Part shown: positions 9,233-19,756 of the stretch, piece by piece
How the letters are laid out: the number at the start of each line of letters is the position of its first letter
Numbering within the stretch: position 1 is the first letter of the stretch
Source: Albugo candida
Taxonomy: Eukaryota
Direction: 5' to 3'
DNA length: 20,000 nt
Assembly (NCBI GenBank): GCA_040437565.1
Contig: JBDOQK010000036.1
Coordinates: 356,026-376,025, forward strand
Notes under the pieces: model-generated
The model's database searches: none
Told to the model about the DNA's origin: nothing
What the model saw: the letters and a program-made list of their open reading frames with translations, nothing else
Program-made: the position numbers and the translations under genes

Positions 9233-11797
9233 AGCACAAGGAATGGACGATGGAAATATCCGGATATTGTTGTAGTATACAGCTCTTCGTATACAGCGGT
9301 ATACAAAAGCATTCTCAGTGCAGATGTCTATTGCGAGCATCAAGATAAACTTGATGGATCACGCGTATTCGATCAAGCTTTTCGGTAATATTGCTCATTC
9401 AAGACGCAGTTTCCCTTCTTCTACTGGTGATCGACAAGATATTCAATCAAGATCATATGATTGTACATAATATGATACAAAGTCAAGCCCATTAAGAATA
9501 CCTGGAGCATTCTTGAAGCGTAGTCAGCTAATGACGAACAAGCACTCGTTCCGAGGACTCTAATGGGGTGCTACGTCACATTATGCCGGATAAAGCTCCC
9601 GTTTTAGCATCCAGAAGATGAGATCACCTCTATCACAAAGGAGAAAAACAACTGGAGAAGTTCGGGATAGCTGAATATTTCGTATACTGCACGCAAGAGC
9701 AAAAAAAAGTCGACATATTCAATGAATTATCGAGGCGATAATGATGTATGAATGCACTGCATTGTTGCTTGGAAAAACTGTTGCTCATGTACAAAGCGAT
9801 AAGACGCTCAAGAAAACGTAGTCTCGTGGTATATGAAACGTGAATAGAGCTCTTCAAGCTACATTGACAGTGCTCATAAAATCCTGAACAAACATGAGGA
9901 GATGACCTCGCGGTTCAGCCGGCATGTTGTGTTCCCAAAAATCTTGACTTGACGAAAATAAATGTCGCTAGAGGCGCTGTTGTTCATTGTCGTCTGATGC
10001 TGTCGATCCATCATAAAATGTCGTAGAGATAGACTTTCGGTAAGGGTAACGCGCACAGAAAACTACAAATTCTTATGCGTTTCCCCATTCAGGTCCAATC
10101 GCAAATGTGTAAGTTTGAACGGCCCTAGAATAGTCCAAATCGCCAACTTTATTGTACCTTGACTGTCTCGAAGGAGTTTTTACTGCTCTGTTATCGATCG
10201 ATACACATTATTTCTTTTAGCATCTTCGAAACCAGAAACGAAGAAAGAATTAGAAGCAATAAATAAGATCATGCACAGAGAAGATCGGAAGCGACGAGCA
10301 TGTTTCTAAAAAGGGAGGAGCTTTTCGCTATTGACTTGAGTGCTAGAATCTACGGATCATAAACAGAGCTTTTTGAAACTAAAGACAAGTAAAGTATGTT
10401 TCGTACGGGACGCTACCTACTCAATGGATATCATATAATTGTGCATGCACGATCGTGAGCGCGGAGCCTATGCACAACATGGAAGAGCTTTCTTCACAGG
10501 TTCCTATGTAGCATCAGGTTCATTCTATGAAAGATTTAGTCAAACCGTAGACTCGGATAGAAGCCAGAATTGTTGCATGTATATGATTGAAAATAGCGAG
10601 CACGCCTTTAAATTAAAATTCCTTCTTTCTGCATCATGCTGTACACCTCTGTAGCGAAGTAAATTCTCTCCAAGCAATACATCTTCAAAGAATCAAGCGA
10701 AATATTTTGGGCAGTGCTAGGACATTACAATGCTTAATATGTGATACTTTGAACCCTACATATCACACCATGGAGTTACGTATCAGAAATACATGAAGTA
10801 ACGTCAACCACCATTTTGCAAGCCGAGATGACGTTTGAGCAGAATCATAAGTGCTCTAAGCTTACGCATCAAAACTACGCTTGAAACAGCTTTCACTATA
10901 TTCTGTGCATGAAAAGTTTATTCAATGAATGAAGAAGCTATTATTTTACACCCGTCACGTATTTATCTGAATGATAGATGCAGTTTGTATGTGAAGCGGA
11001 TGTACCATGCGCATGAGTTAAACCTCAAGTCAGGTGATTCCCACAAGGTTATGGAACGTGTTCGTTCAAATGCCGAATATAAGCTGTGATTTTTACATCA
11101 TAATTTCCATAGATTACGAGATCCTCCGGAAGTTTGTACAGTAGCCATCGTCGTCATCCATCTGATTCTCAAAAATGACATTTTACATACCGATAATGAT
11201 CACAGCATCAACGAAACCGAGAAAATTCCTTCTATCCTTGCATATACCTCCCGACATAATATACAGTGACAGACATAACTTCCGTAATCAAAGTATAATC
11301 ATGTGCCTTGCTCACTACATTGGCACAATCTCAGACTAGCTGATAAGGCGTTGTTGGCTTATACGAAGCAACGACTAGACATCATGGTAACAAATGAATT
11401 GTGTGACATTAAGGATGACGTCGAGACGATTTTTGCCAGTATGGCATCGTATTTTTCGACCGAATGTATACATCATCTAATGAATCAACAGATGTGTTAA
11501 GGTCCTCTAATATGAGTACACGCATACGAGACGTGATGTACGCTTTATGCGCACAGCCTTTTCTTCATGCAGTGAGCACGTCGAATCACGCACATCATAG
11601 AGACCGATCGCCTTTTTCAAATGTGTATCACTCTAAAGCTTATCTAAAATTGAAAATTTTGATGAATCGGCTGTTATGATGAGCTCAGCGTTGCTTAGAA
11701 CAAGCCAAAAAATTCATTTTGATCGCGTGTCTTTAAAATTGTATCTCTGTAAGCTGGATTTATTATCATTCTTTATTCCCGTACTTGTATAGATCAG

Positions 11798-11813
11798 CCT
11801 CATTCCTCAATTT
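11798..11813 (+). promoter_or_regulatory. Oomycete INR+FPR core promoter element
   Basis: CCTCATTCCTCAATTT matches consensus GCTCATTYBNNNWTTY at all positions except the first; ends 25 nt upstream of ATG 11839. Confidence 0.7.
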
Positions 11814-11933
11814 TCTTGTGCACAATAAAGCTAATACGATGAAAACTCACATCTTGGTTGCGAATGTGGTGACGCTTGTGGCCTCATCAGACGGAGCATT
11901 ACTGCGAAAAGTTAATGAAGAAAGATTAGACAC

Positions 11934-12592
11934 GGGAACAACTTCAACTGGAGTGAAATTGGAGACCAGCACGAACTTCAATAGCATCAACCAGGTTACN
12001 NNNNNNNNNNNNNNNNNNNNNNNNNNNNNNNNNNNNNNNNNNNNNNNNNNNNNNNNNNNNNNNNNNNNNNNNNNNNNNNNNNNNNNNNNNNNNNNNNNNA
12101 CAACTTCAACTGGAGTGAAATTGGAGACCAGCACGAACTTCAATAGCATCAACCAGGTTACCGGTCGGGATCTTGTTATTGATGATAATCATCACGGCGA
12201 CCGATTGCAACCTCACGACGGTGACACAAGACAACCTGATGATAATAGCCCACATCAGTCTCATAATGCAAATCATATCATGAACAAAGTTAGCAATATG
12301 ACCCAAGCAATTCATTAACCATTTTGGATGGTCCATTTGGTAACGGGTCACTATTCCATCCAAAATGGTTAATGAATTGCTTGGGTCATATTGCTCACTT
12401 TGTTCATGATATTGATTTGCATTATGAGACTGATGTGGGCTATTATCATCAGGTTGTCTTGTGTCACCGTCGTGAGGTTGCAATCGATCGCCGTGATGAT
12501 TATCATCGATAACAAGATCCCAACCGGTAACCTGGTTGATGCTATTGAAGTTCGTGCTGGTCTCCAATTTCACTCCAGTTGAAGTTGTTCCC
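11934..12592. repeat. Long inverted repeat: left arm 236 bp (11934-12331 after collapsing the gap overlap), 24-nt spacer 12332-12355, right arm 237 bp (12356-12592)
   Basis: Direct reverse-complement comparison; arms differ by 4 substitutions (left-arm positions 12166, 12180, 12201, 12291) and one 1-bp indel (~12275). Confidence 0.93.
12000..12099. other. Assembly gap (100 N) with duplicated flanks
   Basis: 11938-11999 is identical to 12100-12161 (62 bp), suggesting an unmerged contig overlap. Confidence 0.9.
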
Positions 12593-12984
12593 ACCAGGCT
12601 ATGACGATGTAAAGCAGCAACCATATTATAATTATTACTGCACTGAATTAGTAGCCCGAACAATTGAGTGCGAGGATTCTGATATGCAGAAGGCTGTATC
12701 ACCAACTGATGGCTCTTGTACAGATTCGCCTCGTCGGACACCTGCTGAACCTTGTGCAAGTTCTCCTCGACGACCAGAAAAAACTGATGGTAAACCTGAT
12801 GACCCTCATTCAAGTCCTTCTTATCCCACAAAATTTCCCCCTCCTTCACGCCCGCCTCCACCTGTACCTGGTAATTAATAACCTATTTTATTTTATACTT
12901 GAATAATAAAAAATAAAACAAAATTTATTTTTTCATACTAAACCCCCTCCAAAGCTATCAAAATGTGCTGTACTCTTCGTCCCG

Positions 12985-13047
12985 CTTAGTTGAAGTTGTC
13001 TAGATTACTAGAATTAGACGTAAATGACTTCTCTAATGCCTAAACTA
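12985..13047 (+). repeat. Partial copy of the dispersed LTR-like repeat
   Basis: gcttagttgaagttgtctagattactagaattagacgtaaatgacttctcta aligns with 19770-19835 and with the reverse complement of 13620-13685. Confidence 0.7.
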
Positions 13048-13096
13048 CAATAAATAAACAAAATGAATGCAATGTTGGTCTAGAAAGCCGCAGCTA

Positions 13097-13196
13097 NNNN
13101 NNNNNNNNNNNNNNNNNNNNNNNNNNNNNNNNNNNNNNNNNNNNNNNNNNNNNNNNNNNNNNNNNNNNNNNNNNNNNNNNNNNNNNNNNNNNNNNN
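13097..13196. other. Assembly gap (100 N)
   Basis: Run of Ns. Confidence 0.95.
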
Positions 13197-13430
13197 AGAG
13201 AGGTGTCTCAATCTCCATATCGGCCTCTGATTGGCCAATTACCACGTCAGCCGGTAAAGGGTAGGTGAGGACGTGGGCGCATCCTTTAAAGGGAACGGGT
13301 CACTATCGGACGAGTTACGAGGAGACGAGTTACCCACATCCGGTGATGTAACGGACGAGTTATTAGGATACGGATGGTCAGCATCCGGTGAGGTGACGGT
13401 AGGAAGGCTTGAGATGTCGATAGAAACCAT
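13197..13430 (-). mobile_element. Possible degenerate N-terminus of a retrotransposon gag-like ORF
   Basis: S/P/D-rich ORF MVSIDISSLPTVTSPDADHPYPNNSSVTSPDVGNSS... with internal short repeats, starting ~70 nt downstream of the LTR-like repeat on the same strand; frameshifted near 13260. No diagnostic gag motif seen. Confidence 0.35.
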
Positions 13431-13500
13431 TATCTTCGACAGGGTAGAAAGTTTGTTGTATTCTGTTTGGCAGGTATGCAGCAGCTGGAAGATAGAAAAG

Positions 13501-13707
13501 TGACTCTCGTACCTTAGTGGTGAACACTACCACACTGTAGGACTGGAAACGAGGGAGATATTATTATCTCTCACAGGTATTTTACAAAACGTTTTCTATA
13601 TGTATATATGTTACTTAAGATAGCCTAAGCAACTAGAGAAGTCAGTAAGTTTAATTCTAGTAAGATAGACACCTTCAACTGAGCTGGGTACGGACCCTCT
13701 ACTTACA
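13501..13707 (-). mobile_element. ~207-bp LTR-like dispersed repeat (TG...CA on the minus strand)
   Basis: Minus strand begins TGTAAG and ends GAGAGTCA, with a central TATATACATATA. Roughly 80% identical by eye to 19754-19949 in opposite orientation. Confidence 0.6.
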
Positions 13708-14562
13708 ATTACTTTATACTAACGCCACATTGCAAGTGAATAAACAAAAATTGAGCTCCTGCATCCAGACACATCACCCGAGATTTTGTACAAACTTCAT
13801 ACGGGATGTAGTTGTATTCTAACTCAAGTCCTTCCAGCTTTATCCATATATCGCGTCGGCCACTGGTTTATTCAGCACGGTTTTTCTTCGTGTTTGCTTC
13901 CTACGGTAACTTGGAAAATGCAATGTTTTAATTGAACCTATCCAGTCTACCGCTCAGCGAATATGTTTGACGTGTCAAATTAGGTTATTTGCACTAGAGG
14001 ATCTTGTTTTGTGACATAGAAGTATCAAATATATGGTAGACCAAATGCTACAACTTAATCACAAGTTCGATACGCATATACTTACGAGTATCCTTACCTC
14101 ATTGCTCTCACAAGAATCTGGCACAGTTTGTGTCCTTGTCACGAGTGTACGGGTTTGTTCCCCAATATATCTTTGACAGATTAGGTTGGAGTAGTCTGTA
14201 ACCACCAACGGAGGCAAGCATGGTGGAAATAGTTTCGTAAAATAGGAATAGAAAGGTAATAGAATTCGATATTGCATGTACAATCCAGCTGTCGTACCAA
14301 CTTGCAAGTCCGGTAGAAAACATTTACATAATACCGTCAAATTTGATTTCAGGCTACTTCTAGGACTACACCATCAGCGTCATCGAAGTCGGTTTTTGCT
14401 GAATTTTTAATAGCACAATCATGAGAGTCGAGATCAGGGCACTGGAATCTTAGAAAACGGTTCTCGGATGTAATGGAGAATAGAATTCAAGATGACTGAT
14501 ACATTGATGATACGTTTCGAGATCTGTATTATACTTGTGGATAAAGCTGAGATAATCTGTAC

Positions 14563-15308
14563 CAATTGTTCAAGCTTTGCGTGATACCTTGAGTTAGAGT
14601 AGCTACATAATCATCATTTCGCACCAATTCGAGCAAGGAGAGATAATCTATTTATATTTGTCTAGTGCAACGCCGAAAAACTGACTGGACAGCTATTCTT
14701 TCGAATTCGCCTCTTTTCGACGAAACTTGACTGTTCTATAGCAATGCGAACAAAATCGTCGACAAGAATAGATGATTGCCAAGTTTTTAAGTTACATGAA
14801 TCCTTTTGTTTCTTGTGAGGCCATATTCAGTGACTGTCGGATCATAACTTTCCTAGACTCATGCAACCATACTCAATAGCAATGAACGATCTATAGCAAA
14901 GTATGTTTCTAGTGACTATGTTACTTCGATGTATTTGTCATTCCAGTTGCGAAGTCATTACATGCTGCAAGTATGTCCCGGTGTAGTTCTGAAAAAGTAC
15001 TTCGAGATATAGCAACAATATGGAGATTCACATTCCCCACAACGATAAAATATATGCATACCTTTCTCAGCTCTCACATCAAGCTCTCCGATGAGTGATT
15101 GTTCAATTTTGTTAAAATGATTACCAATGAAGCTAACGATTAAAAAAAAGCATTCTGCAACAAATTCGTATTCCTTCCCTCAATGCAATCTTGCGTCTTG
15201 GGAATTAAGCAATGCTTTAGTGATTATCACGTTCCCATATAATAAATTCGCGTACTTCCTCATTTCATTGGACGATTGATCGAATTGAAGCCATTCTTGT
15301 TCGATCAT
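14563..15308 (-). CDS. Putative small-exon, intron-rich gene of unknown function (partial model)
   Basis: Frame-consistent exons 15308-15256, 15132-15062, 14988-14925, 14852-14796, 14730-14686, 14602-14563, joined by GT-AG introns of 123/73/72/65/83 nt. Gives MIEQEWLQFDQSSNEMRNFIGNHFNKIEQSLIGELDVRAEKELHRDILAACNDFATGMTNTSKKVMIRQSLNMASQETKGFIQVSSKRGEFERIAVHYSNSRYHAKLEQL. Ends uncertain. Confidence 0.4.
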
Positions 15309-15677
15309 TCGGCTTTGATTGGCGCGATGTCGGAGAACAGACATGCGATCGATTGAAATTAGTTACCATGTCCCTGATCATTCAGACATGGCAGTAATTT
15401 TGTATTAGTCCACTGTCCGTCAAGTTGTATAATATACTAGTGGTTCATCAACAAAATACATGATTTTATTCCATATTCATGCTACACTTCGAAAAATGTA
15501 AACTAAAGTTTGATAACGTGATTCGTGGAGCAGGCCAACAGAGCGTCTTATTTGCAATCCATTTTCATAATAAAACAAGCTTGTGCAATGATTCCCGACG
15601 TAGTGGGATACGACAAATAAGGGTGCTGAACGCATCCAAACATATCCATGCAACGTGATTAAAAAAAAGTAAGTAAA

Positions 15678-16223
15678 ATGCACGGCTCAGCAGACTCGCT
15701 GACTTCTCAACAAGCTCGAATGATTTCACCTCATTTATATCGTCTCTACATCTCCTGGTACCAGAACGTTGCGAATCCACTCTCAAACGCCTACTGTACC
15801 GGCCAGCCAAGACGATGCTTCGTATCCCAGCCTGGAACGTCTCTAAGTAGCAATGCGAAGCTTTCAGAAAGACATTTACTGATTATACGACGTAGCGTTC
15901 GTGGAGTTCAAGAGCTCAAAAGAGTAGCCGAAGCATGTTGCGCCACGACTTTGATCGAAATCACTTCACAACTTAGCGATATGATAGGCGGCATGAACCT
16001 CGCAGAAACGCAGAAACCGTTCAAACTGACCAAATTACCGTACGATGTCAAATTTCACAAGAATGAATGGTTACGTGAAAAGGTTGCAGAAGAACAAGGC
16101 CAAAGACGAAACGTACAGCTGCGAAAGAGAAAGAGGGAGTCAGGATTGTTGGAAGGAAATGTCTCGACTGGAGTAAGATCGCGATTAAAGGTATCAGTGA
16201 CAATGCGAAGAATGAGAGAGTGA
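15678..16223 (+). other. 181-aa ORF, possibly a remnant of a Mutator (MULE)-type transposase C-terminal region
   Basis: ISPHLYRLY...PLSNAYCTG loosely resembles the region preceding the CTG...GLPCxH motif of fungal/oomycete MULE transposases, but the GLPCxH motif itself is missing; basic KRKR tail. Confidence 0.25.
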
Positions 16224-17035
16224 GTGGGACGGACAGATGACATATAAATGGATCGAAGAATGCGTATATTGTGGTGGATCAGGATGAAGGAGACCTAGAT
16301 ATGGTGATATGGGATGTAAGGCGATATGATTGCTGCGAAATAAGAAGAAGAATGGGGACTGCAGCTTTGATGTAGACCCTAAAAAGATATAATGTTCGGG
16401 TGCATTAAGGTGTCTACATAATAGAGTGATTGGTCAATATTTGAGTGGGAAGATCCATTAGCAAATATGATTGGAGAAATAATGGTAGCAGTGTTCATAT
16501 ATTGTGCAAGACACTTATAACCGACACCCGCCCCTATCTATGTGGCGAAATATCAAAATGTCAATTTTATGCAGCCTATACTTCTAACGTGCCAATAACC
16601 GGTTTTGTTAGCCAGTCAGGAGTAGTGTATGTAGGTAGGTCAATTAATCACATAATCTCTAGGGTTCCGTAAAGCACAATTGGAGGATCCATAAAATAGG
16701 ATGTGCTTTAATTGGAAACAATTGTACATGGCGTCAATACATGCTGCGGAGAAAAAGAAGCAAGAAATTGAAGTCCATGGTGATGTGCATGAATTTGAAA
16801 GTAGCAGCGCCAGCAACTAAAATAAATCCCAGATGGAGAACGAAAATGAAGTGGAAGATGATGACAGGATTGTTGGCAATATTGAGAGAGCTGTTCTTCT
16901 AGTACTGGCCAACGACAGCAACCGACCAGTGCAGTATCTGGTGAATTCGTCACGCACACAAAGGCGCAAGAACGCGTGCTGAATGATGCTGCGAGAGGCA
17001 CTAAACCGTTGACCGAATACTAGACGCTGAAACCA

Positions 17036-17738
17036 ATGTTTACAGAAGTAAATGCTGAAGTGAATGTGGATAACGCAAACGATGAAGGCTTGAATGCTGA
17101 ATCCGATGAATACGAGGGTACTGAGTGGACCAAAGATGATATCAGTTTGGCAGGAAAGAATCTCAAAAACCTAAATCGAATGCCGAGCGAGAAGAACAAT
17201 GCTGTACATGCGCGTGAAGCAGCGCTACTCGTCTTATTTCGACTACTCAAAATAGGGAAAACGAAAAAAGCGGCAAGTTCCTTTATCTCAGATGCAGCAG
17301 GAAGAGGGGTTTACTTTTCTAGATCAATACGGGAATAGGCTGGGACGTTTATGAAAGACGGGTATCTGCCTCAGTCGAAGCAAGGGAAACACGCCAAGCG
17401 ATCAAGTTCTCTAAACGACGAGGACTGTTAATCTAATGTCGAAATTTTAACCTTGACAAAGACACGTTTGCAGAAATCCTCCCGGAGTTAGGCTACGCTC
17501 CTTGCCCAAAAATATCGTAACGAACGACGATGCGCTGGCTACGGTCATTGCGAAGGGGATTTACATCTATGGTCATGAAAGACAAGATGGTATTGAGTAC
17601 CGCCAAAAGTTTCTGGCCAGATTATATAAATTTGATGCTAGCACGCCTATTTTCCCTGCAAAAGATGATAATTTCGAGAATGATCAGGATGATGTAATAT
17701 GGCCAGCAGCGAATATCCAGCCACTTCTTATGGTGACC
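17036..17738 (+). mobile_element. Degenerate IS630/Tc1/mariner-superfamily-like transposase pseudogene (N-terminal half)
   Basis: Across stops and frameshifts: GRGVYFSRSIRE*AGTFMKDGYLPQSKQGKHAKRSSSLNDED, ILPELG...KIS*RTTMRWLRSL, KGIYIYGHERQDGIEYRQKFL...LLMVT. Resembles the 'GHERxDVVxYR...LVTHDES' transposase family; truncated just before the first catalytic Asp. Confidence 0.65.
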
Positions 17739-18399
17739 CAGCCAATATACCACACCGATGTACATAAATACGCTCGGAGACACGCTAATATGAGTAAAGC
17801 GTCACGTTATGCTGTATTTCGTAGAACATCTAACAATGAGTGAAACTTAAATTTTGGAGAAAATCTAGAGGTGATGGTAAACAAAAAAGAAAAATCGCTA
17901 AAGCTATTGACTGATCGAGGCATGATGGAGTCAATTAAATATTCCACGGAAGCTATTATGAGAGCAGCAAGACAAAGAAGACAAATATGGGACGCTTGGG
18001 GGATCAAAGACAGTTCGGAAGGCAGTACCCCTTCATGTAGTGTGTTTTAAAAATGCGACGAGGCGGGTTATGTCAACGCCATTAACGACCTGGATGATAG
18101 AGAAAGCTGTCTGATGTTGCCGGAGGTGGTCAACGCTGAGACCCAAAGAGATGCTATCAAGGGAACTTTCGAGTCAAAAGTCGTCGAAGCAAGAAAAAAG
18201 GGAGCAAGGGAGGAATATTTTTCACTTCTACCGGTATCAGGTTGTTTCTCGGGCGGATCTCGTAGCAAACTCCCCAGTAGAAGTACCTACCCTCAAGGCT
18301 CACGAAGAAAGGGACTGAAACGGTGATGGCGAGATCCAGAAGCTATCCGCCGTTACACCGACATTTTCTGAAGCAACATATATCCAGTCTGGAATAACA

Positions 18400-19310
18400 C
18401 AAGTTGATTATCGTAATGCCAACTTAAGAAGTGGTAGAGCACCTCGAACTCTTACAAAAAGGACGTCGGAAGCTATCAAATGACGGTGTAGCTGCGAGCG
18501 GTAAACGGGCTCACAATTCCAACGGCGTGGCCAATGCCGCATTTGGAAGTGGTTCTCGCGAGTCTTCATAGATCACGCTTTTTCTTTTTTTTATTATTCG
18601 CTGGATTGTTTTTGTTTCTACTGGCAACTACCGCTACATGAAAGCAGTTGGTATTATTTTACTGTTGTAACCCCTGAAGGATTTTATGCGGAAAATTGAT
18701 GGCTGAACAGATGCTGTCCCTTTTGCACAGCATGTTGCTGAGCGAGTATTGAAACCCGCCCTCAACCAGGGTGTTCAAGTATGGATGAGTGATATTTTAT
18801 GTGGAAATAGAAATGAACTACTTAATATTTTGGAGACCGTTCTCAAAAGATGTGAAAACTTTGGTGTGAAGCTCCATCCAAAAAGTGTTGTTTCCTCATT
18901 TTCGAAACTGGGTGGTGCGGAAATAAGATTGCGGAAATGGAGGGATTCATTGCGACGACCAGATTGAAGGATTATGCGAAACGGGACGCCAATCACCGCT
19001 GCAGATATTCAGCAATTTCTTTGTGCGGTGAATTGGATGCGGAACAATATACCAAACTACTTGGCGCTGACACATTAACCGTGGGAGCGGCGGAAGCAGA
19101 AAGAAATGATAGCTGGTGCAAGCTCGATTAGATCAACACGATATCACATGACTAGTGTTTTTAGCTGATAAAGGATGCACTCTGCGCGAGAGTACTGGGA
19201 GGTATGTGTGTATACGGACGCGTCTCACGATAGCTGGGGAGCGATTGGGACTTAAGTGGGGCTGGGAGAGCTGGAAGATTCACTCAGCGAGTAAGTACAT
19301 GTACCACTCA
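18400..19310 (+). mobile_element. Degenerate Ty3/Gypsy pol (reverse transcriptase + RNase H) pseudogene
   Basis: Ordered fragments VDYRNAN, WPMPHLEVV, YSLDCFCFYWQLPLHESSWYYFTVVTPEG, VWMSDIL (decayed YxDD), VLKRCENFGVKLHPK, TPITAADIQQFLCAVNWMRNNIPNY, RNase H VCVYTDASHDSWGAI; multiple stops and frameshifts. Confidence 0.88.
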
Positions 19311-19472
19311 TCCTAGACTACACACTAGCTCAGTTAAGGGTGTTCGCCCGTAGTACTTTTATTTAGACACCTTTCTGTTACTACAGTTTGGTGGTTATCT
19401 ACTCTATTCTAATCACTAGTATGTAACGCTCTGAAGAGCCCGGTCCAACTCCTGTACAGTTATTTTCTGGTG

Positions 19473-19572
19473 NNNNNNNNNNNNNNNNNNNNNNNNNNNN
19501 NNNNNNNNNNNNNNNNNNNNNNNNNNNNNNNNNNNNNNNNNNNNNNNNNNNNNNNNNNNNNNNNNNNNNNNN
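19473..19572. other. Assembly gap (100 N) with duplicated flanks
   Basis: 19432-19472 is identical to 19573-19613 (41 bp). Confidence 0.9.
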
Positions 19573-19681
19573 TGAAGAGCCCGGTCCAACTCCTGTACAG
19601 TTATTTTCTGGTGTAGTTGCCAGCGGTCTTGACACGTCCATATCTTCATTGAGTAGGTTGATATTTACGTGGAGGAATCTT

Positions 19682-19756
19682 TGCCACCGCCGGGATTCGA
19701 ACCGGTGCACACATGGTCGGAACACATGTGTACTAACCGCTAGGCCCCCCGACGGG
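19682..19756 (-). pseudogene. Degenerate tRNA-like sequence (tRNA pseudogene or SINE-type head; possible anticodon TCC, Gly)
   Basis: Minus strand CCCGTCGGGGGGCCTAGCGGTTAGTACACATGTGTTCCGACCATGTGTGCACCGGTTCGAATCCCGGCGGTGGCA: A-box-like GCCTAGCGG, perfect B-box GGTTCGAATCC, acceptor stem pairs 6/7 with wobbles; D, T and anticodon stems imperfect. Confidence 0.65.

Larger units (their letters stand above)
11839..12878 (+). pseudogene. Disrupted secreted RxLR/EER-like effector gene with a Pro-rich C-terminus
   Basis: MKTHILVANVVTLVASSDGA (signal-peptide-like) then LLRKVNEER. A 1-bp deletion near 12275 gives an early stop at 12318. The C-terminal frame PGYDDVKQQPYYNYYC...PPPSRPPPPVPGN* ends at 12878, followed by an AT-rich 3'UTR-like tract. 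Interrupted by an inverted copy of its own sequence (12356-12592). Confidence 0.6.

Noticed and set aside
8878-9388. Track ORFs 8878-9144, 9002-9388, 9059-9343 as separate genes
   Set aside because: Explained by the spliced RPB8 exons and their antisense frame.
11938-12161. Apparent 62-bp direct repeat (TTSTGVKLETSTNFNSINQV twice)
   Set aside because: The identical copies exactly flank a 100-N gap and the inverted arm contains the segment only once, so it is most likely an unmerged contig overlap.
12106-12861. 251-aa minus-strand ORF
   Set aside because: Chimeric by-product of the inverted duplication (antisense of the Pro-rich tail + inverted arm + antisense of the left arm); no independent gene evidence.
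19432-19613. Apparent 41-bp direct repeat
   Set aside because: Identical copies flank a 100-N gap; assembly overlap artefact.
19682-19756. Functional tRNA-Gly gene
   Set aside because: Mismatched D, T and anticodon stems, G instead of T8 and two extra bases; treated as pseudogene/SINE-like.
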